Made by a program: the position numbers and the translations under genes | Shown: positions 36,111 to 50,712 of the stretch, in pieces | Numbering within the stretch: the first letter of the stretch is position 1 | Layout of the letters: every line of letters begins with the position of its first letter | The notes under the pieces: generated by a model | What the model was told of the DNA's origin: nothing | The model's database searches: none | What the model saw: only the letters and a program-made list of their open reading frames with translations | Assembly: GCA_051294905.1 (NCBI GenBank) | Contig: CM119372.1 | Coordinates: 2,792,001-2,856,000 of the forward strand | From: Botryllus schlosseri | Taxonomy: Eukaryota | Direction: 5' to 3' | Length of the DNA: 64,000 bases

Positions 36111-38563
36111 CCCAGTATTAGTCGGCTTTGAAGTGACGGCGCGAACGGATTGACGCTATTCAAACACGACTGACGCTTGATTTCTTTAGCTGCGCATTTA
36201 ATTAAATTTAATTTCCTGTCTCTGTCGATTTTTAAGGAATTTTCTTTCGTGTGATTACGCGCTGGATAGCAATTACACCTATTATAGAGAAAGGATCAAG
36301 CAATGTTTCCAACATCGCATACACCACGCTGTGTCGACGGATAAACTATATAATCATCATATCTAGCCGAATAACACAATGACAATTATAATACAATTAT
36401 ATTGCAATACAATAGTTTTATCGTCAATGCAATTATAGATCAGCTCTATGGAAATACATCTGGGCGCCTGCCTGCGCGGTGCAAAACCATGGTGTGATCC
36501 ATATCGCAAGCAACGTTATTATATATACCGGCTTTTTCGGTATATAATCCAACGATAAGCTATAGACAGATATTATTCCAGTCTCGCATGGACCATGATA
36601 TGTAATCATATTTTATGTATGAACGAGAGAGTTTCCCCATTGATGAACCATACGCCCGGGCCGTGCTTGACAAAAATATTATTGGGAGTCAAAAAACATC
36701 CAGGATTTAATATATTTTGATCCAATCACCAGTTATAATTATTAACGACACTAATTCTATCTGTTAAATAGAATAATGATGTAGTCATATGGTCATATAT
36801 CCAAATATTTTCGGTGGACACTCGTCAGGGGTAATCGTTAGCCGCTATAGCGGAGAATTGGAAGAACATTGTATATCAACAATTGTATCACCAAATATAC
36901 ATAAGACAATGTTTTTCAATATTCGGGTTCATTTCAATATGAATACACTATTCAATTGTGCATTGAAGCTCTCTACCTCGAAGAGCCTATTCTATATGTA
37001 TCCTTGCATTGACTATCTCCGTAGCAAATCTTTATACCTGATGATGAATCAGCGACATAGGCTGCTCTGAAAATAGATCAGACCACCGGTGTATACTCCA
37101 CTCTCGAAACAGGACATTCATCATTACCGCGAAACAAGATATACATTGGATTTTACTATCAGACGCTCAAATCCCGGATAGCAGAGCCGGATTAGACCAA
37201 ATATACCTAGACACTTTGAATGTTTACGCATGAAAATCTGTTGATATTAAATTTCTATGTGTAAGTGCTACTTGGTGGTTCGCGTACGCCAAAGTGTTTA
37301 TTAAACATAGCGTAACATTCAAAATATAGCGAGAATCACAACAGCAAAGCGTTCCAGTGTATTAAGCAATAAAATTCTACATTGAGTCGACACAAAATAA
37401 CTTCACATCTAAAATCTACATAATTTCGTAGCTACCTGTTCCCGACCAACTCATCGTGTTACCACTACGCTTATGGTATACGTTATAAGCTGCCGTCTGG
37501 CTACACTCTGCGGCAAGGTCTATGCTTTGCGTGCCTACTGCTTACCGAATAGTGAGGTCTATGAAATCGCACAATATTGTACATTTTCACAAAATCCATT
37601 CGAAAACTAGAATGGTCGGAAAATACGCGAGACGACAGACATCGTGACGTCAGGAGAGCCTGGGCTATCTGTTTGCCTCCATTGTTCGATTTTTTTAAGT
37701 CAGTGAAGTCATATTTCGCGATACGACAGTTCATATACAAAGTTATTTTTAAATCTCTACCAGTTGCTGACGATTACACCTGGCTAGTGTCAGCCGAAAG
37801 CATTCGGATTTATTTCAATTTGAATATGATATTCAATTAACTCTAACCATTCAACACAAATACAAGCTAACCCTATAACATTATCCTATCTCAATCCTAA
37901 CCCTCACTGGATATTTTGAATGCCCATAGCAAATTTTCAATGTGTCGTTATTTTATGACTCGGTGTTATGACATTCTGACACTCGTATTTCGAATTCCGC
38001 GCTTTTATGACACTGGGTTGAATATCACCTATTTTTACAATCGCTACATTTTGGTACAACTCTGTACCTTCGATTCTATCACGCTAGCGGCCTTCCAACA
38101 TACCAACGGTCAAGGTACAGTGTAGCAGCGGTATGAATATCAAAAAAATCATCCTCGCTTTGTTTCAGGTTTAATATAAACGGTTTACACGCGATTTCCA
38201 ACTGCGATGTCATGACCGGTGATGTGACGACTGAATTTTCGACAAATTGTTTAATTATTTCTATTTGAGGTGACGACCGAGCTATTATTATCGGACGGTA
38301 CAGCACAGAAATCCGTCTCTTCACCAACATGTGCTCGTTTGCGGTGATTTAATCCTCGCGTCTGAATCACGAATCATGTCGGTTTCTTTATTGAGAATAT
38401 AAGATATGGCGTGTTTAGTTGGCTAAAGTACCATGGTGTAATCGCACTGTTAATATTGGCAATATTGGCAACGAAGGTTACCGTGATTGAATGTGGTAAT
38501 TATCAGGTAGGCGATATACACTTCAATTCAAAATGGATTTGGTGTATCGTAACCGTTCAATAT

Positions 38564-40536
38564 CACCGTGTAACACGATTTTTGTTCCCGGGTTCTAATT
38601 GATATTTCCTGATCACCCTCACCTAGAAACTTCCAAAAATCAATATAGCTCAATCCAAACTTTGATTTTGTGGTTAGGAGAGTGATTTTTTGAATTTGTT
38701 AGTATGTGCAATATTGTGCATTGTTATACTGATTCACCCCATAGGAAATTCATATTTACCAAACTGTCTTTGATCGCTGATACATGGTACATGGGAATTT
38801 GCACATAACTGTATTAACTGTATCCGAATCAATGTTAAATGGAAACTAAATAAATATTTCAGGCTAAAACAGATCAGGTATAAAATCAGTTAAAAATGGG
38901 ATATTTTGCTGGATTTCATCCTGTAACAAGATTTTTGTTCCCAGGTTTTAATTGATATTTCCTGATCTGTCTCACCTGGAAACTTCAAGAAATCAATATA
39001 GCTCATTCCAAACATTAATTTTGTGGTTGGGAGAGTAATTCTTTGAATTTGCTAGTATGTGCAATATTGTGCATGGTTCAACAGGAAATGGATATTTACC
39101 AAACTGTCTTTGATCGCTGCAAGTCCATTTTTAATCGCCTGGCATCGACTAAAAAGTTATATCTATAAATTTATTACCTACATATTCTGACGCGTTAGCC
39201 GTAGGCTATCGATTGCTTTTTCGCAAAGCAAATTAGAATCAACTTTTGGCTATTTTTCTGTCTGGCATGGTGTTAATTCTGACATTGCATAATAATAGGC
39301 AACGAATTAGAACTTTTGTTATTAAAATCAAATCACAAAGCACAGTCATTTGGTACCTGGTAATTTGCACATAAATGTCTTAACCGTATCCGAATCAATA
39401 CCATCGTTAAATGCAAAACTAAATAAATATTTCAGGCTAAAACAGTTCGGGTATAAAATTATTAAAAAGGGGATGTTTTTCGGGATTTTCTTTTGTACTC
39501 TGCATCTCTACTTTCTCGCATTAAGGCCCAGACATAATCTCCCATCATGCTTTCATTATATTGCCCTTGGTATCTCATTTCAAAATCTTTCATTTCTTGA
39601 TGCAATCGCTTACCTTGTTCTTATGGATAAGCTCCCATATTATCTTTGAACTCGTCCAAGTGAGCATCAAGCAAATGTAGTTTCATAGGCATTCAGCACC
39701 CCATGTTTCCATACGACTTTAACAAATTGGCAACGAGTTCGGCATAGTTATATCCCTAATTATTGCCCACGAACCCATTCACCACATCTGCAAAGCTATC
39801 CTAAGCCTTATTTTTAACATCAGTAAGCATTTGGATAAAATCATTCGACTTGAAAATATTTTTAATTTGTGGGCCAATAAATACACCAATTTCTACTTTA
39901 GCTTCTAAAAATTCATGAAACAAGTTCTGGAGAAACTGGAATGCGTTACCACCTTTATCCAATGCTTTCACAAATTGCTTTATAATGCCAAGTTTTATGT
40001 GAAGGGGAGGCATAAGCACTTTTTTTGGGTTAATCAACCGAGTTTGCTTTACGTTTTCTCTCCAACAAAAAATCGTTTCGTTTTGGCCTTATTTGCTTTT
40101 TGTAGTGTTCTGTGGTAGCACTATTTTCCCAAAGACAAAGGTGCCAAAGATACTCCTTGCATACCCATCAAAAACGCTACCATTTTCAAGTCCCCAATTA
40201 CTTCAGAGTTATATTATAAAATATTTAAAAATTATCAATTGCCAATCATAAAATATCAAAACCTGAAAAAGCAACCCTGCAAACAGAAATATCTATAAAA
40301 TGGCAAATATTGCAGAGTATATTAACATTTAAAAGTGATTAACATCCATCTTGGATGCTCTTTAGCCATATTTTTGATTTCTTTTCTCAAAAATAGTGCA
40401 ATTTTAGAATTTCATTCTCTAAACCACAAAATCAAAGTTTATATGGAATAAAGTTGATTTTTGGCACTTACTGGTCCTAAGCAATAGAGAAAAATTGATT
40501 AGAACCTGAAAACGAAAACATTTTTTTTACATTGTG
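38564..40536 (-). mobile_element. Degenerate Chapaev3-type DNA transposon
   Basis: CAC...GTG termini (CACCGTGTAAC / TTTACATTGTG) with imperfect TIRs, flanked by TAT on both sides. Contains internal duplicated blocks (38570-38900 vs 38920-39120 and 39350-39480) and a transposase remnant. Confidence 0.75.
39650..40200 (-). pseudogene. Chapaev3-like transposase fragment
   Basis: ORF 39801-40037 reads INPKKVLMPPLHIKLGIIKQFVKALDKGG.AFQFLQ.LF.....AK...GVFIGPQIK. Flanking broken frames read GDLKMVAF and MPMKLHLLDAHLD. All match the Chapaev3 transposase core as I recall it. Confidence 0.85.
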
Positions 40537-40585
40537 TATCCTGTGAGCGTATAAATAGTGGTCAGAAATTACGTTGTGGTCCACA

Positions 40586-40956
40586 TAGGGTTGCATTTAA
40601 AACAAAATCAATTTAAAACAAGCATGTTCAAAACAAAGCCCTTGTTTACAACATGTTTTTCTGCAAGCCATAACGTCACGAAGATTCAATTGTGACATCA
40701 TAGTGTATTGACATTGACAATTGAAAATATAAGGTAAATATAGCTCCTGTGATGAAATATCCACCTACTACAGCTGTTGAACTGACTATTTTGAGGATAC
40801 CAACCATCCCATATCTTACACGTCGACTGTATCGAGTGGTAATTGTTCGCAGGCTCATACAACATGTTTTTGGAAAGTATTTACACAATTATGGCATGAT
40901 TTTACAACTTGAAAAAAACATAATTGTTTTTTTAAGGCAAATAAATTGCTACCCTA
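40586..40956. mobile_element. hAT MITE (GTTGCATTTAAAAC family)
   Basis: TAGGGTTGCA / TGCTACCCTA ends. Perfect TSD GGTCCACA. Confidence 0.8.
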
Positions 40957-41621
40957 GGTCCACATGCTTAGTGTTAATTTTATTATGAAAATCTGGGTTT
41001 GAGTAACCGCGCTGCGCTTGCCCAAGCAGTTGGTATCATCGACAATTAAAACCATATATATCCGTTTTGCATCTACGGCAGTGGTTCTCAACCAGCGTTC
41101 CAGGAACACTAGCGGTTCCATGAGCCAGTCACATGGATTACCTGGAGGACAAGATACACATTCAACTCATACATAATGATTAGTGATGATACGGCCGTCT
41201 TGGTCATATTGGCTGCAGGTAATTAGGCACGATAAGTAGTCGAATTGTTACTGCTTTGGTGGCATGGCGTGTCCGGCGGCGAAATCGAAACCTTGTCCTT
41301 CTGAGATGCTAACTACATCTACAATATTCTTCAGCTTATTTGTAATTGAGCAATTTGTATCACTCTGTTTTGTTTCGGCCAAACAATTCGAGGACACTTT
41401 TCAAGATGAAGCCACGCCTTTCAGAACTGATGTATGAAAAGGAACTGCAAAAATCACACTGACATGCAACAATTGAATAGTATATTTATATTGAAATGAA
41501 CCCGAATATTTTCGACTGACACTCGTCAGGGGTAATCGTCAGCAACTAGTAGAGAATAGAAAAGAACATCGTATATCAACAATTGTATAACAAAATATGA
41601 CGTCGTCAGCGTAATATGTAA

Positions 41622-42553
41622 CAGTGTTGGTATCAAGTATCAAAGTATCAAAAATCACTTTCGGGTCACAAGTCATCTCGACTCATTGCACATTTTGACT
41701 CGAGTCAAGTCAAGTCAATCAATTTTTAAAGGTGACTCGAGTCAAGCCAAGTCACTCGATTTTTGGAGATGGCTCGATTCAAGTCACAAGTCAAGTCACA
41801 ATTGAAGCCATGTAGCATTTTCGGGGTTCGAGGCGTGATTACGTCATCGCATTTGTCAAGCTGATTGAAATACGGATTGAGTGGTCGTTACTTTAGAATT
41901 GAAGAACGGTCATAGAGTTTAGTATACATGCAAGAAGGCGTTGTATCACTCACACATACGTAGAACTGCTAAACTACGTGAGTAGCTGTAGAGCCTCAGT
42001 CTATAATTATAAGCCAAAATACGAAGTAAAACGTGAGACCTCCGAAAGTAAAAAGGAATTGATATGATGCAATACACTACTCACCTACACATCCGTCAGA
42101 TACATTTCTGCACCAATGGATGGCAATAGTAATATAATATAATCAAATTCTATTCAAATCAAACGAGAGGGTTGATTAAGGTGAGAACATAGCACAATGA
42201 GAAGTTTGTAGATTAGAACTAGATATTTTGATATTAGATTAATTTACTATTAGTGGATGACAACGTAAACTGTAAGCTCCAATCACTACGTTTGCAGTCA
42301 ATAGATTTGTGGAATAACAACGGTGGCTCAGTAAAACGCACCATCATTGAATGATTGGTTGTTCTCACAGGGTACACCAGCGTTTCACGAACAATCCGAA
42401 CGTATGCAACCGCGATTTATTTCGACACCGATCACTTGATGACTTGAAAATGACTCGAAAATTTTGTCCCGAGTCACGAGTCAATCCACATTTCTGATAC
42501 GCCGAGTCAAGTCAAGTCATACGAAAATGGCGACTCCAGTCATTCCAACACCG
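41622..42553. mobile_element. MITE with GACTCGAGTCAAGTC repeats
   Basis: CAGTGTTGG / CCAACACCG ends, with clusters of AGTCAAGTC and GACTCGAGTC motifs at both ends. Confidence 0.65.
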
Positions 42554-42739
42554 AAATGCAATTAATATTCATTATATTGTCAACATTTTTATACTAATAT
42601 ATATACTAATGATTTTGTTCTTTCAACACTCTGTAGGTACACAGTTCATTTTATGCACCCGTATTCTAATTTATTATATATGCAGTTACTATAGTAAGAT
42701 GTACATTGTGGTAGATTTTTGATTTGCGTGACTCAGCAG

Positions 42740-42950
42740 ACGGAGGTCGACTCCAGAATTCATACCTAAGTGTTGGAGGTTTATCTAGGCTCCTCCTCTC
42801 CATCTCATCCTTGTAAGCGGTGTCTTGAAATAAGCCTAGAAGCGGGCCGTGCTACGCGTCGGCAGTTACGGAACAAAAGTGAAGAAAATCGGCCTGGCGT
42901 CAATGACCATAGTAGTCGACAAACACCATGAATACCACAAACACAGAACG
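42740..42950 (+). mobile_element. SINE body copy
   Basis: GAGGTCGACTCCAGAATTCATACCTAAGTGTTGGAGG... overlaps the sequence that follows the tRNA-like head at 20042-20159. Confidence 0.7.
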
Positions 42951-43109
42951 CAGCAAAATGTTGGGGTTCCGTGATAGCTTGCAGATTAGCGTAAGTGTCC
43001 CTCGCGTTAATATAGGTGAAGAGCCTCTGCTCCAGGTACAAAAGTTTGGAATATAAATTCCTGCAGGTTATCACATGTTTTGTCGCGTAACAGACCGCAG
43101 TATAGAAAG

Positions 43110-43504
43110 TAGTGGGGAGCTGATCGACAAATTCTCTGGTCTGAGTCCAATCCGGTTTTTCAATTCTCTGGTTCGGCTCTGATCCGGCTCCGGCCTTATG
43201 AGGAAAAAGTGTTGATCCGGCTCCGATCCGGCTTGGCCATAAGTGAAAAAGTCCGGCCGGAAATCCCCCCCTACACGGTGCGGTGGTTGCGTGAATTTAT
43301 AAATATGGCTCGTTTATTTTCGCACCGGCTTGACGGGTACTTGCGTGTTGTTGGTTGGCAGTTATTTAGTCACAAAAGTCACGCCTATCCATGAAGATTT
43401 TAGCCGTATCCGAAAAAGTACTGATCCGGCTCCGATCCGGTCCGGCCAAAATCGAGTAAATCCGGCCGGATATCCAATCCGGCTCCGATCCATGCTACGC
43501 ACTA
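43110..43504. mobile_element. hAT MITE with CCGGCTCCGATCC repeats
   Basis: TAGTG.GGAGC / GCTACGCACTA ends. Perfect TSD ATAGAAAG. Confidence 0.8.
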
Positions 43505-44594
43505 ATAGAAAGCCATCATGTCCCGCCGGTTAGAAGTCATGGTTATGTACTCGACCGGCTCGCGGGTAAGCAAAGTTAGAAGACGTTATCGCTAGCTAGC
43601 GTTGGCTTTCTTATAGTTAATCATTTACAGTAAGCGCTCTATGGACCCTAATACCAGTGACATATTAATGTTCATTAAAACAGTGAACAGGACGTTTTAA
43701 ATTACATTAATCGGTAATTTCGGGGGATCACACATCTTTAAAAAGATCAACTGAAGTGATGCTTGAAGAGATGGAGTCGGAAGTGTGTGTAGGGAACAGT
43801 CATCGGGCCCACTGAAGATTTCGGAAAATTCATCCTATATTTCGATCAATATATTGCACTGTGAAGCTCTTCACGGGACAATCTACACCAGTGGTTCCCA
43901 GACTGTGGTATATTGTCCTTGTTTATAGGGCTTGTAATTATTTCTTTACTACCTTCTTATTTTGTCTTAGTGTTCTAGGGCATCAACCAGACCATATACT
44001 TATGAGGCCCTGAATAAAACTAAGCGGGTGTGATGACGATTTTTCAATAAGTTTCCCGAATTTCGCGGTTAGGCATTCAGATTGTCTGTCCTACAATTTT
44101 GGATCCATATCGATGGCTAGCCTGCCTATAGCACGGCGCGTGACTGGTATAATTCGTCATGGCAAGTCTTAGCAAGTACTGATACTTAGTTTGAGTACTA
44201 AAGTTGGATCTGTTTACTTAAAGTAATCATTAACAAAGAGGATTTGTTTGAAGGCCATCCCAACCTCAAATTCAAGCTTAAATTATATGGTCCGTAATCT
44301 ACTGAAAGTTACACTATAGGTCGGTGCCTACGTAAGGCTCATTTCGACAGGTGGTATACAACCAATAAATGGCCGATCACCACTTGCAAACCGTCCACCT
44401 TAACAGGTATAGTCGGATGTTATGGTCGCACAGTCATACATCGTCATGTTTGCGATACTCATTAACACCTAAATCATGGTAACACGAATGAAACAAATTT
44501 TCTGCTTGTCGACAGGTGACTATAGCAGGTAATAGACATATATAGAACCAGCTATTACAGAGCTCTTTAACCGGGTGTATCTTACACCCTAAGG

Positions 44595-44851
44595 CAGTGG
44601 TCGGGAACCTATGGCTCGCGAACCATGCATGGCTCTTCTGGATGTAATATATGGCTCTTTGACAAATTTTAATTTTCCACCTAATTTATCAATATTGCAG
44701 CAACTTGTTAGAACATTTGCATGACGGCAAGAGTAATTATTCTCATATCAGCATAAACATGTCTTTGAGGGTCAAGACAGTTGGCTAGGTGCTCGTAACC
44801 CGCTTTTCAAACTCCCCAAATTTATGTTGGTGTCGCGCCGGCGACTAACGA

Positions 44852-44888
<37 letters not shown>

Positions 44889-45012
44889 ACTAATACGTCA
44901 GAAAATTTTAGTTGTAACGTAACAGTTTATTAACGTGTATGGCTCTTTCGTAGTTACATTTGAAGATATTGGTCCAATATGGCTCGTCCGTCGAAAAAGC
45001 TTCCTGACCCCG
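44595..45012. mobile_element. hAT MITE (ATGGCTC repeats, internal (CT)n)
   Basis: CAGTGGTCGGGAA / TTCCTGACCCCG ends. Near-TSD CCCTAAGG / CCCTAGGG. Confidence 0.7.
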
Positions 45013-47966
45013 CCCTAGGGTGTGCAAAATTTTTTAAAGGGTATATCAATCAGATGGGGTGGATAGGGGTGTACCAGATACGCATTGAAACAAACCGATG
45101 ACTAGCTATTACAATAAACAGACAAGTTTATGCTTCAGAACATGTTGACCGGGTGTGCAATATCGTACGATGTTCATATTAGCTGTACGTAGCTTGTAAG
45201 TAACATTCATTTTGTGATATCATAAGCAGATGTTTTCCCCGTCATTTGAACGTTGGTAGTGGACTAATTTGCTCCTTTTGGAGTAGAACAGGATGGATTT
45301 GACGTATGTTCCACTTGCGATATCTGTCTATAAGGATTCTTGAGGAAACCATGTACCACGAAAGCTCAGAAATATTGAATTGGTACTTTCTGCGAGGTGC
45401 TTATAAATAGCGCACTGTACATTATTGAATGGGCGTAGACACGGTGTCTTAGGGAGCCGAGTTTGAGCACCACTGTTCCAGAAGGTGGTCTGGTAACCTG
45501 GAGCCCTGATTATTACTTAGCATTTCAAATAATTGGCAGCCTTGTTTATCCTTATTCCAACAGGCCAGAGGAGACCAACCTGCAAGCGTGCGGTCGCATG
45601 CAGCCGGTAAACAATAATTATGCGGCGTGCGTTGGCGACCGTCAATATGCAATTAGAATTAACGAATTGGGTCCAAATCGTCGAGTGATTTTAAACTTGA
45701 AAATTTTATTCGCGCATCGCGCGACTCAGGGTGACTTGGATTTTTCGTTTTATTATAATAGAGTAATCTGAGTCTCACTGTACAAATGCCAACCGCAGAA
45801 AATGATGCATCCCATAAAGAAATACTAAGCCGGTATCGTGAACGTCTCACGAATGAATGTTTCTCTCGTACATTTGGCCGATTCCACTGAATATTTCGAC
45901 TGTGCTACAATCCTGATAGGAGGTCAAAGAATGACAACATGCGTCAAGCGACCGTATGCATAAAAACCAGTAGATGCATCATCATTAATTTTGTGCCCAA
46001 AATTTCTGAAAACCATCATTGCTATCGTTTAATCAGATCACGTGGGCTAACATTGGATAAATAATTAACAGCAATACATGAAACAACCAATATAATCGAC
46101 AAAATAAATTTCTCAGATGTGAAATTTTTTCGCGCGGATAACTTTTCCTAACACGTATACGCGCGATTATGGTCCATAGATAGTACGCCTGCGGGGATGT
46201 TCTGCTGCCACAACTGAAAACTTTTATACGCAAGGAATATCTCAAGAAATGAGTGATGGTACAGAACACCACAAGCGCTCTCCTCTGTGCGAAGCTCCCA
46301 GTAGCCAATTTTACATGAGTATACGACGTCCAGACGGGCCACGACGGGCCACGACGATTCTCCGCCTGAATGTGGCCGTATGCTATATATGAATTCGAAG
46401 CACGGCCGTGAATAACAAGCAGGTTGAACTCCTCTGAATTAGGCTTACTATACGGAATCAGTGACTTATCTGGTCAGGGGTGTACGAGTTTCGAGTAAAC
46501 GTTAAAAGGGTGTACCTCGACGAAAAAGGTTGAAGAGCCGAATATTGATCATGCTGGATCATTTTTTTATCTCGTTAATAACTCTCCTCATGAAATACAA
46601 ATATCCACTGTCGAAGATTAACGTTTCGAAGGTGATGGGGCTTTATATTTATTCTCAATATTTGGATTTATACAAAGTCAATACTTCGAACCCGTATATG
46701 TCGTCACGGCATAGAGCAGGTTTATGACTTCAATAAGTTCCTGTTACCCGTTATGTGCCGTTTCTATGTTAGGGCTTGATCTGAGGTGACCGTTCTGAAT
46801 GCAAGGAAGCAGATGAGCTTAAATCTAGTTTAACAGTATCGCAACGGGCTGATTGCGTGGTGCTAAGCGTATCAAATATCACCGAATCGCCTTTATGTAT
46901 ATGAATTTTTGCAAAAGGCTCTATGTGCAGACAAATGTGAACTGCCAGATATGTAGATACCTACAATTTCTAACTAACGGTTCATTATAATTTAGATTGG
47001 CAGGTTTTATATGTCTGGCATCGATAATCTGAATATGCAAAAATACCGATTGAAGTCTTTAAACATTTGTTCGATAGAGAAGGTATTGGAAAGCGCTTTG
47101 TCTTTTTGTCCACGCTCTGCTTGTATAAAGTATTGCTGAAGTACTATAGGCAGTAATAACAGTATCTTTAGTGCAATTCGTGATATGTCGCTCATAACGA
47201 TCCGACGTAGCGTAATGGCTTAGCAGAGGGTGTTGTAACTAGTTTTTGGTAACGTTCTAATAGATGTAATTTCACTTTGTACCCGTGACCGCATTTCACC
47301 CATGTATTGTAGAGAGGCTTCGAGAATCTTCCGAATCAGGAACTAATCAGCACCACGGACCTATTTCAATAGAGATGCACTATACTCCAACCCGACGGAA
47401 ATATGTTCCTATGGATCAAAGACATGACAGTGTAGGAGCGATTAAATTCACAGTAAAAGCTGAATAGCTTAACATATCAAGCGAAATCTCAAAATCTATG
47501 AACTCACAAAATCCCTCTTAATTTTGTTCTAAATTGATTTTCCTTCTGTCATTGTGATGCAAAGAATAATAAAAAGTAGTAATCAAAGGAATTTTGACCG
47601 CTGATCTTAAGATTATTGTGGAATGTTGATATGTCAAAATCTGTTTACAAGGAGCCGCTGTTTCAAGGTTTGTATGACAACACAAGCTTCCGAATTATGA
47701 AGGTTCGCATACATATCGCAAATGTAAACCGAATCTTCGTACAAATCTTTGTGAGACATATAACGAAAAATTTTGAATCTGTCTCATTCAATTAAATTTG
47801 TGAGGGCAGCCTATGTACAAATATCACCCGTACACCAACCATGACCTATTGGTTGTGCAGTAACCATAAAATATTTTCCTGACTTCGACATGATTCAGGA
47901 ATGGATTTTCGAAAATCCGAAGTATTCAGGATTCCACGCCTTCATAAGCCTTCATAAGCTTATCAT

Positions 47967-48791
47967 GAGGGCAAGTTTTTGTTGCACTAATCGAAAGAAA
48001 GTTGCACTTCATTTTAACAAAAGTTGCATTTGTAATTTTTGTTACATTATTAGGATATAAGATACTCGGACGGTTCCGTTGTATAACCTAGCTCCTGTAG
48101 AGCTGTCAAATTTGTTACTTTGCCATTTCACGGCGGACCGGCGAGACCGCCAAACATTTTCCCCGGTACACAGCAGGAAGAAAAAGACTAAATGCGAGAA
48201 TGGTTCCCCCTCCAAAAAAAAGCCAAACAACACACCGATTACCCCCTCACGGAAAAGAAGTCAAATACGACACCCCAAATCCCCTAGGTCTGCAAACTTG
48301 ACCCAAGTCATTGCAACAAAACTCACTGTTGGTGTTCTGCGGTGTCGCCTGGGCGTTCGTGAAATGGGAAACTAACTCAAATTTAAACGACAGAACTGAT
48401 GAAGCCGTGAATCTATTGACATATTGTTCGGTCTCGGCCGTGCTGGTAGGGGTAGTTAAACTTCTTTTTTGCAAGCCATTGTGTCATAGATAGCAGAGAG
48501 ATGCAGCTAACCCATCTACATATCTTTGTAATGTAGGCCTAAATATAAAAGAATAGAACCATACGTGAAATAGTTTGTAGCATGTTTTTAGTCACTCATT
48601 TACATTTTGACGCAATATTGATAAAAGTTGCAGTAACAATTGGCATAAAAAATGGAGAAAAGTTTCAAAAAGTTGCACTATAATAAAATCCCACCAAACA
48701 GCTTAAAACATCATAGTGCATAGATTCTGAGTATCTAGGAAGCTACCGCAAGCTGTAAAAATAGTTGCAAAAGTTGCAAAAACTTGCCCGA
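47967..48791. mobile_element. hAT MITE with AAAAGTTGCA repeats
   Basis: GGGCAAGTTTTTG / CAAAAACTTGCCC ends. Perfect TSD CTTATCAT. Confidence 0.8.
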
Positions 48792-50712
48792 CTTATCATA
48801 TTCAGTCATTGTTACTAAATCCAGAGATCAAACTAGTTCAATAAGGGGAACATATTTGAGCAACAAAGCACAACCGATTACACTGCCAAGTTGAACTGTA
48901 CGGAATGGAGCCGGATAAGTCATCGCATGAGCAGATAAGTCAAGTAAGCATATATTATAGGATGTAATAATGCAGGGTTCTCGACCTTTTTGTCTTCGCG
49001 GACCCCCTTCGGACAGTCACAGACCCCTGCGGACCCCCAAGTTTTAATTTTAATGCAGGTCTATTACCGTGCAACCGCCATCTCTCTTATGCAAGTATTA
49101 ACTGTAGGCTAGTGATAAAAAGCAACAAAATGACTTTTCCTCAAATGACCATCAGACTAGTCATATCGAAATTGGGAAGACGTTTTTTTATTTCAAAGCG
49201 AAATCTGTGACTGCATTTCTTGAAATACACATGCCGTGTCTCAAAAATCCGCCCCGTCGATTTGACATGAACGAGTGCCAAAAATTCATAAATTTCCTCA
49301 AAGATACGTGGTGGCGAATGTAATAATAACGCGTAACGCTTCCATAGACACCTTGTATTACACACTGTATTACATACTGTGTATTGTAAGCCGATATCTG
49401 AAAGTAGATTACTCCGGAATTCAGCGGAAATGGACATGGAGAGTTTAATATGGGTATTTGAGCCCCAGTTAGTTGATTACGGCTTATCCACAGGAATGCG
49501 GCCGTAGGCTACATAAGGAATCGAAGTGCGGCCGTGAATAGCAAAAAGGTTGCCAACCCCTGCGCGTCTGGTCGTAGCATACATGGCACCAATATCATCA
49601 TCATTTCATTACCATACCGTCCAGCCTGGTGATTTCTATGTAGCAGGTCATCTTGAAGTTATTTTTGAAAAGCGGTTATGTATATCAGAGCTTATACCGA
49701 AACCCCAACAAAACATCCCTAAACAGAAACATGTTTGCAACAGTAGGCTATGGGCAATTTGGAGGTTTGAATGAGTTTACACAGTAAAATATTTCATCTC
49801 AGACGTGAGTCCTTAAGTGTTAGCAGTTATGAAGCCAAACTACTTCGTGATTTCTCTAATTAAAAAAATATGAAGTAGGTTATCACACATTTTGCAAATT
49901 TGGATTTTTCGCGGACCCCGTGAAATTGCTTCGTGGACCACCGGATGAGAACCACTGATCCAATGCTTCCTAAAGGTGTGGTAGTGTCACATTTGATAGC
50001 AAGTCGCATTGATAAAGATGTGTTCAATGTAATAGTAATACTCTACATTTTTGCTCTATATCGTTGTCCCCAAATTTTTTGTTTTCACGGACCCCTTGAG
50101 ACAAATTATTAATTGAAATAAACTGCATGTTTTCTATTACGTAATAGACGAGGCAATCTTGATTTGACTGTAATAGTAAAAAGTTGAAAGTAACAAGTTC
50201 GCTTTTCGTTCTTCCCTAAATTCAGCAAGATAGTCAGGGCCCCCCAAATGCTTTCTCAGAGACTTATTCCAATGCATCCGTTGCCCCAGGTGTGAACCAC
50301 TGCTATATAAGAAGTAGAAGTAGTGTTTGCCATACTGCTTCCCGGGACAGTAAAAAGTGACCTGCTGAAACGAACTGAAGTAGAAGTATAGTTTGAAAAG
50401 CCGATTTCATGTTGGGGTCACATCCTGTTCATGTAATCGAAATGGCAAGATGCCATCTTCGAATACATATTTAGCTACCGTAATACAGGGGGTATTTCAC
50501 GCTAGTTATATGATACTTGAACTCCATAGAAGTGACGCAGACGTTTTCCATAATTACATTCTATATTTTTCCGAGTCCAAGTAGTTTTCCCTAATGTTCA
50601 ACTATGAGTTCTACTTCCGTGACTGGGCAGTGCAGAGGTATGAAGAGGGATTAGGTCGATTATATTGTACGATGTTTGTAAACGTAGATTGACCACAATG
50701 ATTTCGTTATAG

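Noticed and set aside
37840..37905. TAACCCT telomere-like motifs
   Set aside because: Only 2-3 degenerate, dispersed units; not a telomeric array.
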